Below, one piece after another: positions 58,455-64,000 of a stretch of DNA of 64,000 nucleotides (position 1 is the stretch's first letter; every line of letters begins with the position of its first letter). A program made the translations under genes and the position numbers. Below the pieces are notes generated by a model, which ran no database searches, was not told the origin of the DNA, and saw only the letters and a list, made by a program, of their open reading frames with translations. Where the stretch lies: positions 9,997-73,996 of the forward strand of contig JAOZSR010000005.1 of assembly GCA_029939575.1 (NCBI GenBank), in the 5' to 3' direction. Source of the stretch: Fidelibacterota bacterium (GTDB lineage Bacteria; Fidelibacterota; UBA2242; JAOZSR01).

Positions 58455-59648
58455 TTATTTTTTTACTTTCATAAATTTTTTCATTATCCAGATTAAAGGT
58501 TTTGTAAGAATCCCTTCAAATTCGTTTTTAACATCTTTTAACAGAGTTGGAATTGGTAGGTTTTGGGGACATTTTTCCAAACAAATATTGCAGGAAGTGC
58601 ATTGTGATGCTAAGGCCGGTTTTCCGGTAACTCCTCCATTTTGGAGGAGATACATGAATTTTGCACTTTTATCTTTAAAAGCATGATATGAATTATAAGT
58701 GTTTAGGCAAATTGGAATATTTACGCCATGTGGACAAGGCATACAATATTGACAACCGGTACATGCTGATTTCATGATTGTCCGAAATTTTTCTGATGCC
58801 TGCTCTACTATTTTTAAATCATAATCTGATAGTGAACCGGAATAAGAATCTGATGCAATTTTGATATTTTCGGTAACATGGTCATCGTGATTCATTCCGG
58901 AAATGATTGATGTCACTTCCGGATGATTCCATATCCAACGTAAAGCCCAATCAACGGCGGTACGTTTGTTTTCTGATTTATCCCAAATTGCCTGAATTTC
59001 TTTGGGTGGATTTTTTGCCAGATTTCCACCTCTCAGTGGTTCCATTATGATTATGGCTAAATTTTTAGATGCTGCATATTCCAAACCTGCTCTACCTGCC
59101 TGGTAGTTTGTATCTAAGTAATTATATTGAATCTGGCAAAATGTCCAGTCATATTCATCTACAATTGTATTAAAATCTTCGGTTGAGCCATGATAAGAAA
59201 ATCCGGCATTGATAATTTTTCCCGATGCTAAGGCTCCATCTAAAAACTCAATTACTCCTTTTTCTTTACATTTTTGCCAGGCTGGTCCATCCAAAGCATG
59301 GATTAAATAATAATCTATATGATCGGTTTGTAATTTTTCTAACTGCTCATCAAGAATTTTGTCCATCTCCTCTTTGTTTTTAGTTGCCCAGTGAGGAAGT
59401 TTTGTAGCAAGTTTTACTTTATTGCGATATCCGTTTTTTGAGAGAATTGATCCCAAAAAAGGCTCGCTTTTGCCACCATGATAGGGATAGGCTGTATCAA
59501 TATAATTCACGCCCTGATCTATAGCAGAATAAATTTGTTTAGTTGCTTTTTCACGATCAATATTGCCCATATTACCGGGTAATCGCATAGCGCCAAACCC
59601 TAATATTGATAGTTTATCTTGATTTTTTGGAACTTGCCTGTATAGCAT
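58455..59648 (-). CDS. Aldo/keto reductase with C-terminal 4Fe-4S dicluster
   Basis: LGFGAMRLP, YIDTAYPY, ATKLP, QIQYNY, MEPLRGG, CTGCQYCMPCP, CTSCNICLEKCP. Confidence 0.9.
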   Translation of the reverse strand: MLYRQVPKNQDKLSILGFGAMRLPGNMGNIDREKATKQIYSAIDQGVNYIDTAYPYHGGKSEPFLGSILSKNGYRNKVKLATKLPHWATKNKEEMDKILDEQLEKLQTDHIDYYLIHALDGPAWQKCKEKGVIEFLDGALASGKIINAGFSYHGSTEDFNTIVDEYDWTFCQIQYNYLDTNYQAGRAGLEYAASKNLAIIIMEPLRGGNLAKNPPKEIQAIWDKSENKRTAVDWALRWIWNHPEVTSIISGMNHDDHVTENIKIASDSYSGSLSDYDLKIVEQASEKFRTIMKSACTGCQYCMPCPHGVNIPICLNTYNSYHAFKDKSAKFMYLLQNGGVTGKPALASQCTSCNICLEKCPQNLPIPTLLKDVKNEFEGILTKPLIWIMKKFMKVKK

Positions 59649-59676
59649 TGTTAATCCTTAAAGTTTATATATTGGT

Positions 59677-60573
59677 TTATAATGATTTCCCGACTGATTT
59701 TTTTTCAATTATCCAGACTAAACAAAATCCTATAACCATCAGGATTAGTGCTAAACCGGTTTCAATAGATAAATTTGGTAAAAAATAGTCATATCCGATA
59801 ATTTTTTCCTTTGAGCCAAATAAATTGATAATTGGATTTTTCCATGGCCATAATATCTGAAGAGAACCAAGGATAAATCCGGTTAAAATCGCGATTGTTT
59901 GATTATGAAATTTGGCAAAAACCCAGGAAAGGAAATGAGAAAAAATCAGGAGTCCGCCAATTGCACCCAGGATAACCGGAAACAGGATTTCAACCCGTAA
60001 ATGGGAAACAGCATCTAACATAAGTTGGTAATTTCCCATTAAAACAAGTACAAAGGAGCCGGATAAACCGGGTAAAATCATGCTACACATTGCAACGACT
60101 CCACAAATTATGAGATAAAATAGAGCATCATTTTCAGTAGCTGGTTTTAGGTTTGCAATAAACAAAGCGATGACTGTGCCTAGGAGAAAAGTACCTATTA
60201 CTGAAAGAGAAATTTTTTTAATTGAATTTCCAATGAACCAGATCGAGGCCAGAATCAGTCCGAAAAAAAAGGACCAGACGTAGACTTCATGGTGCTCAAA
60301 TAAATATTCAAGAAGACGCGCCAGGGATAAAATACTGATGGCTGCTCCACCAAAAACAGCCACTAAAAATGATAAATTAATATAGTCAGCAAACTCTTTC
60401 CATTTACCTGAGAAAAATAACTTTATCGCTGTAATATCAAAAGATTTAATTGAATTAATTAATTTTTCAAATATTCCGGTCAGCAAGGCGATTGTTCCAC
60501 CCGATACACCCGGGATCACATTGGCTGCTCCCATGAGTCCGCCTTTGATTCCATTCATAAAATGTTGATGCAT
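59677..60573 (-). CDS. DUF368 family membrane protein (PopT-type undecaprenyl-phosphate translocase)
   Basis: GAANVIPGVSGGTIA, AMILPGLSGS, LWPW. Confidence 0.88.
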   Translation of the reverse strand: MHQHFMNGIKGGLMGAANVIPGVSGGTIALLTGIFEKLINSIKSFDITAIKLFFSGKWKEFADYINLSFLVAVFGGAAISILSLARLLEYLFEHHEVYVWSFFFGLILASIWFIGNSIKKISLSVIGTFLLGTVIALFIANLKPATENDALFYLIICGVVAMCSMILPGLSGSFVLVLMGNYQLMLDAVSHLRVEILFPVILGAIGGLLIFSHFLSWVFAKFHNQTIAILTGFILGSLQILWPWKNPIINLFGSKEKIIGYDYFLPNLSIETGLALILMVIGFCLVWIIEKKSVGKSL

Positions 60574-60800
60574 ATTTTGTCCTTTTTAATAATTAATTGA
60601 GATCTATATTTTACTTGAAAATATATTAGTATAAGTTTTCTAAGACAACTATTATATTTTATTTTCATTTTGATCTGCCTGAATCTGTAAAACTGATAAA
60701 ATTCAAAAATTAGTATTATATTGGATTTAAAGAAATATTCTGATATATTCATTTAATATTATAGTAGTTATGAATTGTTAAGTTTATGGAGAAAAATTAA

Positions 60801-61865
60801 ATGAACTTAGAGGATTTGGGATTTAATAAAAATCTGGAAAATTTTCGAAACGAGCAATCTTTGGCATCTTTTGGAATCGGAAGGGTCATTGCCGAACATA
60901 AAGCGAGTTATATAGTCAAAACAGAAAATGGTGAATTCTGTGCTGAGATGATTGGAAACTTAAGGCATTCTGCAACCAACAGGTCAGATTTTCCTGTAGT
61001 TGGAGATTGGGTTGCGATTTCTGAACATGGTAACAATAGGGCTATGATTCAGTCGATTTCTCCCAGGAAAACTGTAATAGAGAGATTAGCAGTTGGAAAA
61101 TATGCTAAAAAACAAATCATTGCCTCAAACATTGATTATGCTTTAATAGTCCAGGCAGTTGATAGAGATTTTAATATAAACAGGATTGAACGTTATCTAA
61201 CAATTTGTAATATTGCCGGAGTTAAACCAATTATTATCCTTAGTAAAATTGATTTAATAAGCCCGTCATGTCTTGCTGATTTTCAAAATGAAGTCAGGGA
61301 AAGGATTAAATCTATTCAGGTTATTTCTATTAGTAATAAAACAAATATTGGATATGATGAACTAACCTCAATGATCGAAAAAGGTAAAACTTACTGTCTC
61401 CTGGGTTCCTCAGGTGTTGGCAAATCTACTCTGTTAAATAACATTTCCGGAAAAGAACTGATGAAAACAGGTACTATAAGTATGAGTACAAAAAAAGGCA
61501 GACATGTTACGAGTCATCGTGAATTGGTTGTTCTGAAAATGGGTGGAATTTTAATTGATAATCCGGGAATGCGGGAGGTTGGAATCACAGATTCAGAAAG
61601 TGGTATGGAAAATACATTTGATTCCATTATTAAATTATCTGAAAATTGTAAATTCAGGGATTGTACACATATTCATGAAAAAAATTGTGCAGTAAAAATG
61701 GCTGTTGAATCCGGTGAACTTGATCGCAAATCTTATGAAAATTTTTTAAAGTTGGAAAAAGAAAAGGCGCATTTTGAATCAACTACATTGGATAGGCGGA
61801 AAAAAGATAAAAATTTCGGTAAAATGATTAAAAATTTTAAGAAGAATAAAAGAAGTAAAAAATAA
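60801..61865 (+). CDS. rsgA: Small ribosomal subunit biogenesis GTPase
   Basis: SKID, GSSGVGKS, GRHVT, DNPGMRE, CKFRDCTH..C. Confidence 0.92.
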   Translation: MNLEDLGFNKNLENFRNEQSLASFGIGRVIAEHKASYIVKTENGEFCAEMIGNLRHSATNRSDFPVVGDWVAISEHGNNRAMIQSISPRKTVIERLAVGKYAKKQIIASNIDYALIVQAVDRDFNINRIERYLTICNIAGVKPIIILSKIDLISPSCLADFQNEVRERIKSIQVISISNKTNIGYDELTSMIEKGKTYCLLGSSGVGKSTLLNNISGKELMKTGTISMSTKKGRHVTSHRELVVLKMGGILIDNPGMREVGITDSESGMENTFDSIIKLSENCKFRDCTHIHEKNCAVKMAVESGELDRKSYENFLKLEKEKAHFESTTLDRRKKDKNFGKMIKNFKKNKRSKK

Positions 61866-61885
61866 AAGCAAGGAGTAATTTCTTT

Positions 61886-62797
61886 ATGTTTCTCTCTAAA
61901 ATTATTCAGCGGATATTTTTAATACTTGTATTCATTTGTTTTATTAATTCATGTAGTCAGAACCCTGTTGAAAATACTGAGTGGGAATTAGTCGGTTCCG
62001 GTTACAGTTTTCCGGAGGGACCAACCTGGCACCCCGACGGTATTCTGTATTTTTCCAATTGTCATGGAAATTGGATAACAAAATATCAAAATAATAAAAT
62101 TGATACTTTTCTTATTTCCTCTGATCAGACATTTTCAAAAACCAATGGTATGTTTGTGGCAGCAGATGGGTATATTTATGCTTGTGATTTTGGAAAGGGA
62201 ATGATATTAAGATTTTCTACACTAGGGGAAGTTGATACTGTTATTTCAAAATTTCAGGGTGTCGCTTTAAACCGGCCTAATGATTTAATAGTTCTCAAAA
62301 ATGGAGATATATATTTTACAGATCCATCAAATTATGATAGGTCAAAATTTCATGGAAGATTGTTTTATTTTAACAGGGATTCCGACAAATTGCATTTGAT
62401 TGCAGACAGTCTGGCTTTTCCCAATGGATTGGGAATTTCACCTTTTGATTCTAAATTGTATGTATGTGAATCCATGAAGAACCTTATTCTCAGATTTGAA
62501 ATATCAGATTATGGGATACCAACAAATAGGGAAATATTTATCCAACTACCAGGTGGTGATCCGGATGGGATAGATTTTGATATAAAAGGAAATATGTATG
62601 TAGCTCATTTTGGTACTGGAACTGTTTTTGTAATTTCACCAGACGGTAAAATTATTCAGCGTATAAAAACTCCGGGAAAGAATCCCAGTAACGTCGAATT
62701 TGGCGGTAAGGATTTGAAAACTCTTTATATTACTGAAGACGAAACAAATTGTGTATATAAAATTCAGGTAAACAATAGTGGTTATAAATATAAATAA
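61886..62797 (+). CDS. SMP-30/gluconolactonase/LRE family lipoprotein
   Basis: Lipobox FINSC, FPEGP, RPND, FPNG, PDG, FGG. Confidence 0.88.
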   Translation: MFLSKIIQRIFLILVFICFINSCSQNPVENTEWELVGSGYSFPEGPTWHPDGILYFSNCHGNWITKYQNNKIDTFLISSDQTFSKTNGMFVAADGYIYACDFGKGMILRFSTLGEVDTVISKFQGVALNRPNDLIVLKNGDIYFTDPSNYDRSKFHGRLFYFNRDSDKLHLIADSLAFPNGLGISPFDSKLYVCESMKNLILRFEISDYGIPTNREIFIQLPGGDPDGIDFDIKGNMYVAHFGTGTVFVISPDGKIIQRIKTPGKNPSNVEFGGKDLKTLYITEDETNCVYKIQVNNSGYKYK

Positions 62798-62917
62798 TTA
62801 AGATAGCACTATTTTTTTTGATTATATAAAATTTGTTTTTGTATCTTTTCTCCTAATAATAGCGTATTTTATAAAGCTGTATTGAATATTAAGAAAACAA
62901 AATGAAAAGAGAAAAAA

Positions 62918-64000
62918 ATGACAGATAAAAAAACATTTAATGATCTCGGCCTTTCCGCCGAAATGATAGATGCAATAAATAGAAAAGGTTTTGAAGAACC
63001 AACAGCAATTCAGGCCATGACTATTCCATTGATGCTTAAAAATAACACTAATATTATTGCCCAGGCTCAGACTGGAACAGGTAAAACAGCTGCTTTCGGA
63101 TTACCTCTGATACAAATGATTGACGCAAATGCCAATACTGTGCAGGCATTAATTCTCGTTCCTACCCGTGAACTTGCTATACAGGTATCCGAAGAAATTA
63201 ATTCTCTCAGAGGGAATAAAAATCTCAGAATAGTACCTATATATGGAGGTCAGGCAATAGACCAGCAATTACGCCGTTTAAAACGGGGTGTACATATTGT
63301 GGTTGGTACTCCGGGAAGAGTAATTGACCATTTAAAAAGGAAAACTCTGAAACTAAAAATAATTGACCATCTTATACTCGATGAGGCTGATGAAATGCTT
63401 AATATGGGTTTTATTGAGGATATGGAAGAAATTATGAAGCACACAAATCCTGATAAGAAGACCTTACTTTTTTCTGCTACAATTCCCAAAAAAATCCAGG
63501 AACTTGCTCATAAATATATGGATGGATATAAACTTTTATCAGTCAAGAAAAAACAATTGACTTCAAACCTGACAGAACAAATATATTTTGAAGTTAAAAT
63601 GTCTGATAAATTTGAGGCATTATGCAGGATAATTGATATAGAAGATGGCTTCTATGGTTTAGTCTTTTGTCGGACAAAGAGCGATGTTGATACAGTAGCA
63701 TCACAATTGTCAGGCCGGGGATATGATGCCGAGGCAATTCATGGTGACATTACTCAAACTCAGAGAGAACGAACTTTAACAAAATTCAGGAATCAAAAGA
63801 CAAATATTTTAATTGCGACAGATGTGGCAGCCAGGGGAATTGATGTCAACAATTTAACTCATGTTATTAATTATTCACTGCCTCAGGATCCGGAATCCTA
63901 TGTTCATCGAATAGGTCGTACCGGCAGGGCCGGAAATGAAGGAACTGCTATTACATTTATCACTCCAAGTGAATATAAACGACTTATGTTTATTCAACGA
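62918..64000 (+). CDS. deaD: DEAD-box RNA helicase (DeaD/CshA type), 3'-truncated by window edge
   Basis: Manual translation: GFEEPTAIQ, QTGTGKT, PTRELA, TPGR, DEAD, SAT, ARGID, HRIGRTGR. Confidence 0.93.
   Translation, partial: MTDKKTFNDLGLSAEMIDAINRKGFEEPTAIQAMTIPLMLKNNTNIIAQAQTGTGKTAAFGLPLIQMIDANANTVQALILVPTRELAIQVSEEINSLRGNKNLRIVPIYGGQAIDQQLRRLKRGVHIVVGTPGRVIDHLKRKTLKLKIIDHLILDEADEMLNMGFIEDMEEIMKHTNPDKKTLLFSATIPKKIQELAHKYMDGYKLLSVKKKQLTSNLTEQIYFEVKMSDKFEALCRIIDIEDGFYGLVFCRTKSDVDTVASQLSGRGYDAEAIHGDITQTQRERTLTKFRNQKTNILIATDVAARGIDVNNLTHVINYSLPQDPESYVHRIGRTGRAGNEGTAITFITPSEYKRLMFIQR

Noticed and set aside
60555-60752. 65-aa minus-strand ORF upstream of DUF368
   Set aside because: AT-rich divergent promoter region, no homology cues
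1636-63489. Numerous short antisense or alternate-frame ORFs in the track (e.g. 1636-1845, 2825-3094, 14158-14514, 16654-16980, 54409-54780, 57193-57633, 63250-63489)
   Set aside because: Fully nested in well-supported genes, no recognisable motifs; typical shadow ORFs
1-64000. rRNA, tRNA, CRISPR array, prophage, integrase, defence or toxin-antitoxin systems
   Set aside because: None recognised by eye; tRNAscan/Infernal/CRISPR tools would be needed to exclude small RNAs in the larger intergenic gaps

Overview
AT-rich (roughly one-third GC by eye), gene-dense bacterial chromosome segment. The GlyA insertion, PorV, T9SS-type C-terminal domain and diderm envelope genes point to an FCB-superphylum diderm, plausibly Marinimicrobia/KSB1/Calditrichota-like (inference). 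About 1-37.4 kb is core, all on the + strand: (i) CMP-ulosonate synthetase, LtaS-like protein, NANS/NeuB, KdsC, WaaA, ecfA-ecfA', a PgsA-FtsY fusion, rimO, mtaB, dNK; (ii) purN-purH, mreBCD-mrdA-rodA-cpoB, a truncated GlgA-like domain, lipoprotein, OM barrel, TPR lipoprotein, rpiB-glyA-nrdR-trm112; (iii) porV, an M6 pseudo-protease with T9SS CTD, a metalloprotease-PD40-Omp85 protein, a DUF5683-like protein, bamD, nadD. After a bidirectional terminator come a stand-alone TonB-dependent receptor, lepA and a patchier accessory region: orphan CheY-CheC, hutI, a receiver-domain pseudogene, REC-PP2C/STAS, PFK, Mpv17-like protein, M18 peptidase-YfcC, DUF368-AKR-larE-larB-larC, rsgA, SMP-30 and a partial DEAD-box helicase. 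No rRNA, tRNA, CRISPR array or transposase was recognised. Best leads: the PorV/pseudo-protease/protease-Omp85/BamD locus, the PgsA-FtsY fusion, an animal-type sialic acid/KDN pathway linked to WaaA, and larEBC without larA. All family assignments come from motif recognition and recalled sequences, not database searches.
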